Positions 37,715 to 45,861 of a DNA stretch of 64,000 nt are shown here, one piece after another (the first letter of the stretch is position 1; every line of letters starts with the position of its first letter). Position numbers and translations under genes: made by a program. The notes beneath the pieces are model-generated. The model was not told where the DNA came from. It did no database searches and worked only from the letters and a program-made list of their open reading frames with translations. The stretch lies in contig JANOTL010000130.1 in the NCBI GenBank assembly GCA_031416315.1, forward strand, positions 1 to 64,000, written 5' to 3'. The DNA is from Pseudomonadota bacterium (GTDB lineage: Bacteria > Bdellovibrionota_B > Oligoflexia > Oligoflexales > CAIYRB01).

Positions 37715-38623
37715 ATGAAAAACGCGCTCTTCGTCACGCTGGCTCTCACCGCTTCGTCGGTCTTTGCCGCGGACTTCGACTACACCGCCGACCGCGAGTT
37801 CCAGATCAAGTACCCCGACCTCGCCTGCGTCGACACCGGCCCGCTCGCGCGCGAAGAGGCCGAGGCGATGACGGCGGCGAAGCTCCAGGAGATGGGCCGG
37901 AAGGACAAGATCGAGGTCAAGCGGGGCCCCTGCTTCGGCGACGCCAAGAATGCCACCGCGGACGTCGAGCAGACCATCACCGGCTCTGAGTATCTGGACC
38001 GCCTCTACGCGCGCCTCACCTCGGGCCCGATCCCGCACGGCTTCTACAACGGCAAAGTGATCATCTCGCGCGACCGCGGCATCAAGTCCGTCGCCGAGCT
38101 CGGCGTGTGGATGCCGAAGGAAGACAAGATCGAGAAGATCGCCGAGCGCATGTGGTCGGGCAAATACTTCGACCGCGACAAGATGTACCTGAAAAACCGC
38201 ATCAACCTCGACGGCGTCAGCTGGAACTCCTTGCCGAAGAACATCGAAGACAAGCGCATGAAGTTCCCGGCCAAGCTCTATTGCGGCCAGAGCCTCTTCG
38301 ACTCGCGTCGCGAGTCGCTCGTCATCGACTACAAGTACGGCATCGAGGACCGTCCCGAAGGCGTCGAGACCGACAAGACGATCGACTGGCTCGCCGGCAA
38401 AAAGGGCCTCGCCGTGCGCGACGAGGTGCGCATGATCCGCCCGGGCCTCCTCCTCGGCCGCGCCTACATGCACGGCGCCTTCGGCCTCTACTTCGTCCTC
38501 GAGTACGCGCCCGGCACGGGCAAGGACCCGAGCTGGGACGAGCCGGACGCCTGCTGGATCGGCCACCAGCGCCAGATCCTGACCAAGAAGAAACCGTCCG
38601 ACTACTCGCCGCGCGGCATCTGA
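37715..38623 (+). CDS. Secreted hypothetical protein (WxGKxF / RDExRxxxPGxxLGRAY family)
   Basis: Signal peptide ending VFA; AGGAG RBS; homologous to 41003..41530. Confidence 0.75.
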   Translation: MKNALFVTLALTASSVFAADFDYTADREFQIKYPDLACVDTGPLAREEAEAMTAAKLQEMGRKDKIEVKRGPCFGDAKNATADVEQTITGSEYLDRLYARLTSGPIPHGFYNGKVIISRDRGIKSVAELGVWMPKEDKIEKIAERMWSGKYFDRDKMYLKNRINLDGVSWNSLPKNIEDKRMKFPAKLYCGQSLFDSRRESLVIDYKYGIEDRPEGVETDKTIDWLAGKKGLAVRDEVRMIRPGLLLGRAYMHGAFGLYFVLEYAPGTGKDPSWDEPDACWIGHQRQILTKKKPSDYSPRGI

Positions 38624-38655
38624 TGACACAGGGACCCATCGGAGGACTCAGCACC

Positions 38656-40476
38656 GTGAAGACCCTCGTTTCCGCCGCCGCGACCGCGCTGGCACTGCAC
38701 CTCCTCGCCGCGACCTCGGCCTTGGCCCTCGAGGCGTCTGCCGACTCGAAGCCGGTCGTCGGTCGCTCGCTGTTCGATTACATGGTCACGAAGACCACGG
38801 GCGACACGGCGACTTATGACGTCCCGTTCCCGTTCGAGAAGCTCATGGCCGAGCTCGCGAAAAAGTCGCAGGGCACGGTCGGCGGCGCCGCCAACCTGCC
38901 GGCTATGCTCCTGATCCCGAGCGGACGCTCGCTGCAGAAGGACCACACCGACATCTCCGCGCCGCGCGTCATCGCCGCCTTCACGGAGCATCCGCTCAAG
39001 GGCAACGACGTCAGCCTCACGGTTCGCGACCGCATCTACATCGGCTACGCCGCGAAAGCGAACCAGGTCGAGGTCATCAGCTACAACGAGCAAGCCGGGC
39101 GCTACGAGTTCCAGATCATCGCCGACTACCGCGAAGGCGGCATGAAGCGCGTCATGTATGCGAACCGCGCCTTCTGCGTCGAGTGCCACAAAGCGCAGAC
39201 GCCGATCTTCGCCAAGAACACTTGGGACGAGACCAACGCCAACCTGGGCGTCGCGAGCGCGATGGAGAAACAGAGCGCGACTGAAGCGACCGACACCTTC
39301 TTCGGCGTCGTGCGCACGCGTGGCAACAAAGGTCTTTCCTACGCGATCGACACCTCGACGGACCGCGGCGGGCGCCTGCCGACCGTCTCCCGCTTTTGGC
39401 AAAACGGCTGCAAAATGGCTTCCGGCGGCCTCAAGCCGGAAGACTGTCGGGCTGCGATCTTCCTTTACGGCCTCGCCGCCGCGCAGGGCCTCGAGCCCGA
39501 CGCCGTCCCTGGCGTCGCCGCCTACGCCGACGTGCTCAAGGCCTTCAAGGCGAGCTTGACCGAGCAACAGCTCCGCTTTTATGTCGGCGACATCGCCAAC
39601 CGGAACCCCTCCGGCTTCGAGCAGATGCAGATGCTGCAGATGCCAGAGGAGTCGGACCGCATCGCCCTTTGGCAGAAGAACCTCGCCGCGAATCGCGAGA
39701 TCGAGGAGTCGGAGGATCCTAAGCAGGCGCCGCTCCAGGCCTACGACTGGAGCCCGGGCGTAGACACCGCGAAGCAGGCCTTGGACCTCACCATCTCGAC
39801 CATCTCGGGATTCGTGACGCCGAGCGAGCGCGGCGCGCTGCCGAAAGAGGCCGCGAAGCTGGCCTCCGCGGTGAAGACGGCGCTCGCCGCAGGCGGCGAG
39901 GACCAACCGTTTGGCGAGATGCCCCTGCGCAAAGGCGCGCTCATGGGTCCCTTCTTCAAGGCCGCTGGCGTCACCCAGATCGGCGGCTTCCCTGTAACAA
40001 ATGGATATCACGATAATAAATCGAAGATGCCGAGCATCGAGGTCGACACTGGCGGCGCCGCCACGGGCTCCGGCCTCTTTGCCATCGAGAACTATTGCGG
40101 CACCTCGTGCCACGGCGTGCAGGGCTTCGGCGACGGCATTGACTTCCTCGCCCGCGACGCCAACACGACCGACAAAGACCTCTGGATCAAGATGATCAAG
40201 AGGGAAAAGGGCGAGATCTGCAAGCGCATGGATTGGACCGACCCCACCGTCACCGCGATGGCCCGGATGCCGCGCCCGCCGCGCATGCAGGACTTCTTGA
40301 AGGACGAGAAAGAGAAGGGCGTCTCCGACCGCAAGATCTTGATTGAGACGTATCGCGATAAACTCCTGGAGATCGCGGGCAACCCCGAGCAGCTCGCGGC
40401 CGTGGGCCTCAGCGCGGACGAGCTCAACGCCATCGCCGCCAAGTGCAAATGGACCAAATACGTCGAGGCGAACTGA
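38656..40476 (+). CDS. Secreted c-type cytochrome with CxxCH and atypical CxxxCH motifs
   Basis: GGAGGA RBS + GTG 38656 (alternative ATG 38623 overlapping the upstream stop); signal peptide ending ALA; CVECH, CGTSCH and downstream RMP. Confidence 0.8.
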   Translation: MKTLVSAAATALALHLLAATSALALEASADSKPVVGRSLFDYMVTKTTGDTATYDVPFPFEKLMAELAKKSQGTVGGAANLPAMLLIPSGRSLQKDHTDISAPRVIAAFTEHPLKGNDVSLTVRDRIYIGYAAKANQVEVISYNEQAGRYEFQIIADYREGGMKRVMYANRAFCVECHKAQTPIFAKNTWDETNANLGVASAMEKQSATEATDTFFGVVRTRGNKGLSYAIDTSTDRGGRLPTVSRFWQNGCKMASGGLKPEDCRAAIFLYGLAAAQGLEPDAVPGVAAYADVLKAFKASLTEQQLRFYVGDIANRNPSGFEQMQMLQMPEESDRIALWQKNLAANREIEESEDPKQAPLQAYDWSPGVDTAKQALDLTISTISGFVTPSERGALPKEAAKLASAVKTALAAGGEDQPFGEMPLRKGALMGPFFKAAGVTQIGGFPVTNGYHDNKSKMPSIEVDTGGAATGSGLFAIENYCGTSCHGVQGFGDGIDFLARDANTTDKDLWIKMIKREKGEICKRMDWTDPTVTAMARMPRPPRMQDFLKDEKEKGVSDRKILIETYRDKLLEIAGNPEQLAAVGLSADELNAIAAKCKWTKYVEAN

Positions 40477-40478
40477 TC

Positions 40479-40943
40479 ATGAAAAAATACCTCGGACTCG
40501 TCCTCTTGCTGATCACGGCGTGCAAGACGCCGAACACCGACAATTCCTTGAAGAACGCCGAGCTGAAGACGTCGCCGGAGTTCGTGGCCCCCGAGCCGAA
40601 GTGCGCTCTCGACCAGAAGACCTGGGCTGGCCGCATGGGCATCAGGCTGAAGGATGGCAGCGGCGCTGCCGAGATCGAGTGCGTGGTCGTGGGCGAAGGG
40701 CTCCATCACATAGGCCTCAAGGTCGGCGACAAGATCAAGGCGTTGAACGGCGGCGAGAAGGTCGCCTCCGTCACCGGCTTCGAGACGGCCGCGAGCAAGG
40801 TCGCCGGCGCGGTCACCAAGCGTTGGCGCGCCTTCCAGTTCCAAGTCGACCGCGGTGGCGCCGAGCAGACGGTGAAGGCCTCGGACGAGTACCCGGGCTG
40901 CAGCCTCTTCAGCTACGACGATTGCGGTCCACTGGCGCAATGA
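40479..40943 (+). CDS. Hypothetical lipoprotein
   Basis: MKKYLGLVLLLITAC lipobox; starts 2 nt after the previous stop. Confidence 0.75.
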   Translation: MKKYLGLVLLLITACKTPNTDNSLKNAELKTSPEFVAPEPKCALDQKTWAGRMGIRLKDGSGAAEIECVVVGEGLHHIGLKVGDKIKALNGGEKVASVTGFETAASKVAGAVTKRWRAFQFQVDRGGAEQTVKASDEYPGCSLFSYDDCGPLAQ

Positions 40944-40978
40944 AGCCCGCCGGCTAGTAGGCCGACGGGCTTCTGTTG
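40942..40978. terminator. Hairpin terminator between convergent genes
   Basis: GAAGCCCGCCGGC-TAGTAG-GCCGACGGGCTTC. Confidence 0.65.
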
Positions 40979-41002
40979 TCCGCTTGCAGGCCGGATCCGA
41001 CC

Positions 41003-41530
41003 TCAGTCGTTGAAGTCGAGGATGAAGTTCACGATCATGTGGTCGAGCAACAGACCGCGGAGGTAAGCGCGCCCGAGGTAGAGGCCCGGCGCGACCTGGC
41101 GGATCTCGTCGCGGATGCGGCCGGCGACGATCGAGGTGCGCGAGTAGTCGATGATGATCGCGCGCTGACCGTCGAAGAGCGACGGACCGTAGAACACTTC
41201 GGCCTTGATGGCGTTGAAGCCGAAGACCTTGTTCTCGAGGACGCCTTCACCGTTCTCGGTGTCGAACACTTTGCCTTGCCACACGAGGCCGGCGAGCAGC
41301 TGGGTCGGAGTGTTGATGGTCGAGCCCGCGAAGAACACGGCCGTGCCGTTCGATTCGCCGTCCGGAACGGCGCCGATCTCACGCGAGGCGTTGAGGTAGG
41401 TCTGGTTCAGCTCGGTTTGCGTCATGTCGCGCAGGACTTCGACGGTCAGCAAGGACTCGTCGGCGAGCGCGACGTTGGCGGCGAGCGGCAACAGACACGC
41501 GAGCGCGAGATTGCGGGCAAAACGTTTCAT
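41003..41530 (-). CDS. Secreted hypothetical protein, paralogue of 37715..38623
   Basis: Signal peptide ending ALA; WQGKVF, SLFDGQRAIIIDY, IRDEIRQVAPGLYLGRAY. Confidence 0.8.
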   Translation of the reverse strand: MKRFARNLALACLLPLAANVALADESLLTVEVLRDMTQTELNQTYLNASREIGAVPDGESNGTAVFFAGSTINTPTQLLAGLVWQGKVFDTENGEGVLENKVFGFNAIKAEVFYGPSLFDGQRAIIIDYSRTSIVAGRIRDEIRQVAPGLYLGRAYLRGLLLDHMIVNFILDFND

Positions 41531-41619
41531 CGGGTTCCTTCCCAAGCTTGGTTACGCAGCGATTCTCATGAAATGAACTGGTAGAATGGATAAAGGCTTA
41601 CCGGGCCGGGGAAGGGCGG

Positions 41620-42237
41620 TCAACCGGAAGTAAAGATTCCGCGCATCGCCAGCATCCGCGACGCGGCGAGGCGATAAAAGTCCTGCATTCGTCGCTCTTG
41701 GTCGCGATCGTCCTCGAGCACGCCGAGCGCCTGCGCCAGCGCTTCGTACGTCGACATGCGCTCAGCCGTAACCTGACGTCTTGGACGCAGCATCGCCTCC
41801 GGCGCCTGCGGCAAAGTGACACGAGGCCACGACGACAGGCCCTCGATCCTTTTCACCATGTGTCGCGCCTGACCCCAGGTCCCGTCCGGGACTATGAGCG
41901 CCAGGGGCCGCGGGTCTTTGAGCGCCAGCTCTCGGCTGAGCGGGATCGCCGTGGGCGACGGATAGAGCACGACGGGTCGGTAGCAGGCCTCGTCGATCCA
42001 CTGACGCGCATCGCTACGCTCGCCGATGCGACCGTGGACGTGCACGTCGAGCTCGGCGGAGAGTTTCAGAAGGAGCCCCGTGTTCGACGAGCGCTTCAGC
42101 TCTTTCGAATGGAGCACCAAGACGACCCGCGTGCGCAAGGCCGCGAGCTTCGGCGCTGCCGCGCAAATGCACAGGTGTACGAACAGGCGGCAGCGAATGC
42201 AGCGAGAAACCGGGCAGTTAGGGGCGGGGCTGACCAT
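41620..42237 (-). CDS. DTW-domain tRNA-uridine aminocarboxypropyltransferase (TapT/YfiP-like)
   Basis: CIRC...CIC, HSKE, SSNTG, LYP, PDGTW, STYEA. Confidence 0.88.
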   Translation of the reverse strand: MVSPAPNCPVSRCIRCRLFVHLCICAAAPKLAALRTRVVLVLHSKELKRSSNTGLLLKLSAELDVHVHGRIGERSDARQWIDEACYRPVVLYPSPTAIPLSRELALKDPRPLALIVPDGTWGQARHMVKRIEGLSSWPRVTLPQAPEAMLRPRRQVTAERMSTYEALAQALGVLEDDRDQERRMQDFYRLAASRMLAMRGIFTSG

Positions 42238-42412
42238 GCTATTCGTCTCGAAGGGTACCGTTATCTATGGATTTTCCGGAAACATTTCAAGGGCGGACCT
42301 CCGGGGACCGATTGCTAGGACTAGGTAAGCACTGGGGGCAAATTTTGCTCAGGTCTTCCTTCGAGGGTTCGGCCTTGGCAGAATATTTAGTAAGACCTCT
42401 GAAGGGATAAGC

Positions 42413-43372
42413 ATGCAGTTGACGTTCTGGGGAGCGCGCGGCTCGAGCCCGGTGGTCATGAACCACCAGGGTGTGCTCGCCTTCCTCGAGACGCTCGGGG
42501 CCAAGGCGAAAGCCAAAGGCCTTGCGTCGATAGACCAACTCGTCGCGGCCGCCAAGGCCGGCGACCTCGGCGTTCCGCTTGTGTACGGCGGCCATACGCC
42601 GTGCACGGAAGTCTCCGAAGGCGCGCAGTCCATGTTCATCGACATGGGGACGGGCCTACGCGAGGCCGGCACCAAGTACATGTCGACGCGCAAAGAGTGG
42701 ACGATCTTTCTGACCCATATGCATTGGGACCATCTCCAGGGCCTACCGTTCTTCATTCCGATCTTCATTCCCGGCAACAAGATCACGATCTATCACGTGC
42801 ACAAGAACGCGCCCGAGTTCGTGCGCATCATGTTCAACGGCGTCAACTTCCCCGTGAAGTGGGATCAGCTCGGGGCGACGATCGAGTTCAAAGAGCTGAA
42901 GCTCTACGAGCCGGTGCAGCAAGGCGTCGTCAGCGTCACGCCCTTCGCCTTGGACCATCCGGGCGGCAGCTTCGGCTACCGCTTCGAGGCGGGCGGCCGC
43001 TCGGCCGTCGTCGGCTTCGACGGCGAGTACACGCGCATCAGTAAGGAAGAGCTCGGCAAGGACCTGCCCTTTTATCAGAACCTGGATCTTTTGGTGTTTG
43101 ACGCCCAATACGAGCTCGAGGAGCTCTTGAACAAGCACGACTGGGGCCACTCCAGCTCGACCATCGGCATCGACCTCGCGCTCCGCGAGACCATCAAGAA
43201 GCTCGTGCTCATCCACCACGATCCGTGGGCCTCGGACGAGCGCCTCCACGCCTCGATCAACAACGCCCGCAAATACGTCAAAGCCAACTTGAAGTGGTAC
43301 GAGAATTGGAAAGATCAGCCTAACGGACCGGAAGTCGTCTCCGCCTACGACGGCCTGACGCTTACGGTCTAG
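42413..43372 (+). CDS. MBL-fold metallo-hydrolase
   Basis: WGARGS, YGGHTPC, THMHWDH, HPGG, DAQY, WGHS, HHDP. Confidence 0.9.
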   Translation: MQLTFWGARGSSPVVMNHQGVLAFLETLGAKAKAKGLASIDQLVAAAKAGDLGVPLVYGGHTPCTEVSEGAQSMFIDMGTGLREAGTKYMSTRKEWTIFLTHMHWDHLQGLPFFIPIFIPGNKITIYHVHKNAPEFVRIMFNGVNFPVKWDQLGATIEFKELKLYEPVQQGVVSVTPFALDHPGGSFGYRFEAGGRSAVVGFDGEYTRISKEELGKDLPFYQNLDLLVFDAQYELEELLNKHDWGHSSSTIGIDLALRETIKKLVLIHHDPWASDERLHASINNARKYVKANLKWYENWKDQPNGPEVVSAYDGLTLTV

Positions 43373-43381
43373 GAGCTCTGT

Positions 43382-43870
43382 ATGGGGAAGAACGCTTTCA
43401 AAGTGCAGATGGCCGCCGAGGGCGAGTGGCAGCGCCTCGCGTTCTCCGGCGCCATCAACGAAGACGCCAAAGGCACCCTCATGCCTTTCGCGGACTCGAC
43501 CGGCACGAAAGTGATCTTGGACCTGCGTGACGTGACGCTGATCAACAGCTGCGGCATCCGCGACTGGTCGATCTTCCTGCGTGCCCTGAAAATGAACCGC
43601 GAGGTCGTGTTCGACCGGTGTCCCGACGAGATCGTCCGCACGATGAACATGGTCACCAACTTTTACTATCGACTACCGGTCAAGAGCGTCTACCGCGCTT
43701 ACGGCTGCGAGAACTGTGGCCACGAGCAGGCGGAGCTCTTGAAAGAAGGGGCCGACTACGCGGCGGGCGCGATCCCGAGCGGGAAACCCGTGAAATGCGC
43801 GTCGTGTGGCGAGATGGCCGAGGCGTTTGAGCCGGATGACGAGTTCTTTCAGTTTTTGCTTTCGGCTTGA
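43382..43870 (+). CDS. STAS-like domain plus C-terminal zinc ribbon
   Basis: FSGAINED, LDLRDVTLINSCGIRDW; CENC...CASC. Confidence 0.75.
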   Translation: MGKNAFKVQMAAEGEWQRLAFSGAINEDAKGTLMPFADSTGTKVILDLRDVTLINSCGIRDWSIFLRALKMNREVVFDRCPDEIVRTMNMVTNFYYRLPVKSVYRAYGCENCGHEQAELLKEGADYAAGAIPSGKPVKCASCGEMAEAFEPDDEFFQFLLSA

Positions 43871-43877
43871 AGCCGAT

Positions 43878-44720
43878 CTATTCGATCCCGCTCAACACCG
43901 CCTCAGCGACCGCTTGAGCCGTCTCCGCGCTCACCGACTTCGCATACCCGTAATAAGTCGTCCCACCCTGCTCCATCAGGAAGCCGGTGACGTTCACGGT
44001 CCCGGCGTGCGGCACGCCGCCGCCGACGGTCTTGGTCGTCGAGATGATCTTCCAGTCGTATTTGCCGAGGCGTTTCGACGCTTCGGGCGCCGTCACCTGC
44101 GCGCCGTTCACGAAGAGCTCGCGCGTCGTCATGCCCGAGCCCGCCTTCGCGTAAACCGCGACGAAGTCTTCGCCTTTGGCGTAGCCGACGAAGGTCGTGC
44201 CTTCCGCTTGGCCTTGCTGCGCGACGGCAAAGCCGGCAGGGCCGGTAACCGTGATGCCCCCGAGGCGGGTCTTGCCGCCGCCGAGGTCCTGCGCGCTCGT
44301 GCCGCTCGGCGGCGTCGCGCCGGCCGGAGGCGTCGCCGGCTCATTGGCCGAGGGCGGTGTCGCCGGCGGATTCGTCGCTTGCGCGCCGAGGGGCGGCGTC
44401 GCGCCGTCGAGCGGCGGCACGGTGTTGCCGGATCCGCCCGAGGGCACCGCGCTGCCCGTGGACGCCGTCGCTCCGGGAACGGCGTCTCCCGATGCGGGAG
44501 GGTTGGTGTTGATGACGCCGTTCTGCGGCTGCTGCGGCTGCTGCGGCTGCTGCTGAGCTTGCGGCAGCGGCACGGCCGGTGTCGCGGCTTGAGGCACGCC
44601 GGGGCGCGGCTTGAGCGGCTGAGCGCCCACCTCGACGCGCTTGTTCTGACTGGAGGTGCAACCAGCGGCCGCGAGGGCCAGGCTTACCATCGACGTCACG
44701 ACGAGATGCTTCACGCTCAT
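43878..44720 (-). CDS. Lipoprotein with Pro/Gln-rich linker
   Basis: Lipobox AAGC; QQP repeats; globular C-terminal domain. Confidence 0.7.
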   Translation of the reverse strand: MSVKHLVVTSMVSLALAAAGCTSSQNKRVEVGAQPLKPRPGVPQAATPAVPLPQAQQQPQQPQQPQNGVINTNPPASGDAVPGATASTGSAVPSGGSGNTVPPLDGATPPLGAQATNPPATPPSANEPATPPAGATPPSGTSAQDLGGGKTRLGGITVTGPAGFAVAQQGQAEGTTFVGYAKGEDFVAVYAKAGSGMTTRELFVNGAQVTAPEASKRLGKYDWKIISTTKTVGGGVPHAGTVNVTGFLMEQGGTTYYGYAKSVSAETAQAVAEAVLSGIE

Positions 44721-44752
44721 CTGGAACTCCTAGTCTCTCAGGCGCGATCGTC

Positions 44753-45688
44753 TCACCCGCCGACTAGGGCGTCGAGGATGCTTTGGTCCGAGGCTTCGGT
44801 CGCGGCTTGCACGGCTTGGACGCTCATCGCGCCGGTGCCGCCTTCGCGGATCTGCGCGGCGGTGTAAGCGCCGTTCGGGTTCTTATTCATGATCAGGTTG
44901 GTGTTGTAGGTCCCGGTGACGACCGGCGTGTGGCCGCCGACCTGCTGCGTCTTCTGGGTCGCGAACGCGGCGATCTCGCCGAGCGACACGAAGCCGTCCT
45001 TGACGCCGTCGAGGAAGCCGTCGGCGTCGCCGCTGAGGGCTTTCCAGAGGGCGTGTCCGTAAGCGCTGCCGGCCGAGCCTTCGGGGCCGTTCTCTTGCGC
45101 GTCGACGCCCGGGCCGGTGCTCGAGAGCTCCTGCGCGGTCGACGATGCCATCACGAAGAGGCTGCGACCTTGCTGGCTCCAGCTCTCCCACTTGCTCTTC
45201 TGCTGGTTCACTTCGTCGACGAGGGAGCCGGAGTGGCAGGCCATCGTGAAGATCACGACCTCTTTCGCCTGCGAGCCGAGCGCGGTGGTGACCATGTCGC
45301 GATAGTCGATGCCGATGCCCAAGCCGCCTTGGTAGCCGTGGCCCGAGGAGTACTGCACGTACATGTCGTCTTTGCCGAGCGCGCCGGTGATCTGGCGCAT
45401 CGAAGCCATGACCTGCGAGCCGTCGAACTGCTGCTCCGTGAAGGTCTTCGCCTCGTACTTGCCGCCGACGCCCGACGTGAAGATGTCGTGCGTGTGCTTG
45501 ACGTCGTACTTCGTCTCGTTGCCCATGAAGCCGTCGAGGACTTCACCCCAGCCGAGGTAGGCCTTTTTGCCGGCGGCGCCTTCGAGGGAGAGCGATTGCG
45601 CCTCGCTTTGATTGACTTGGTCGACCGGGCCGCAGGCCGAAAGGCTTGCGGTCAGCACTAGGGTCGCGAAAGCTTTGCGAGAAGCCAT
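44753..45688 (-). CDS. Caspase-like (clan CD) peptidase lipoprotein
   Basis: Lipobox LSAC; His-Cys dyad YSSGHG and TMACHSG; ADG...DGFVSLGE tail. Confidence 0.75.
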   Translation of the reverse strand: MASRKAFATLVLTASLSACGPVDQVNQSEAQSLSLEGAAGKKAYLGWGEVLDGFMGNETKYDVKHTHDIFTSGVGGKYEAKTFTEQQFDGSQVMASMRQITGALGKDDMYVQYSSGHGYQGGLGIGIDYRDMVTTALGSQAKEVVIFTMACHSGSLVDEVNQQKSKWESWSQQGRSLFVMASSTAQELSSTGPGVDAQENGPEGSAGSAYGHALWKALSGDADGFLDGVKDGFVSLGEIAAFATQKTQQVGGHTPVVTGTYNTNLIMNKNPNGAYTAAQIREGGTGAMSVQAVQAATEASDQSILDALVGG

Positions 45689-45861
45689 GCCTTTTTCCCT
45701 CTAGGAAAGGCGGAACGATCAGTCGGTACGAACGATCTTGCAAGCCTCGTACCCAGGGCTCTTGGGCGGATTCGGCTATCGAATCAAGGGGTAGGGGAGT
45801 CGAAAAGTGCCCAAGCAATGGACGGTGCTGTATAATCGGCTAAACGCCCGGGAGCCCCGCC

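Noticed and set aside
44522..44556. CTGCGGCTG repeats
   Set aside because: They encode the QQP linker of a lipoprotein.
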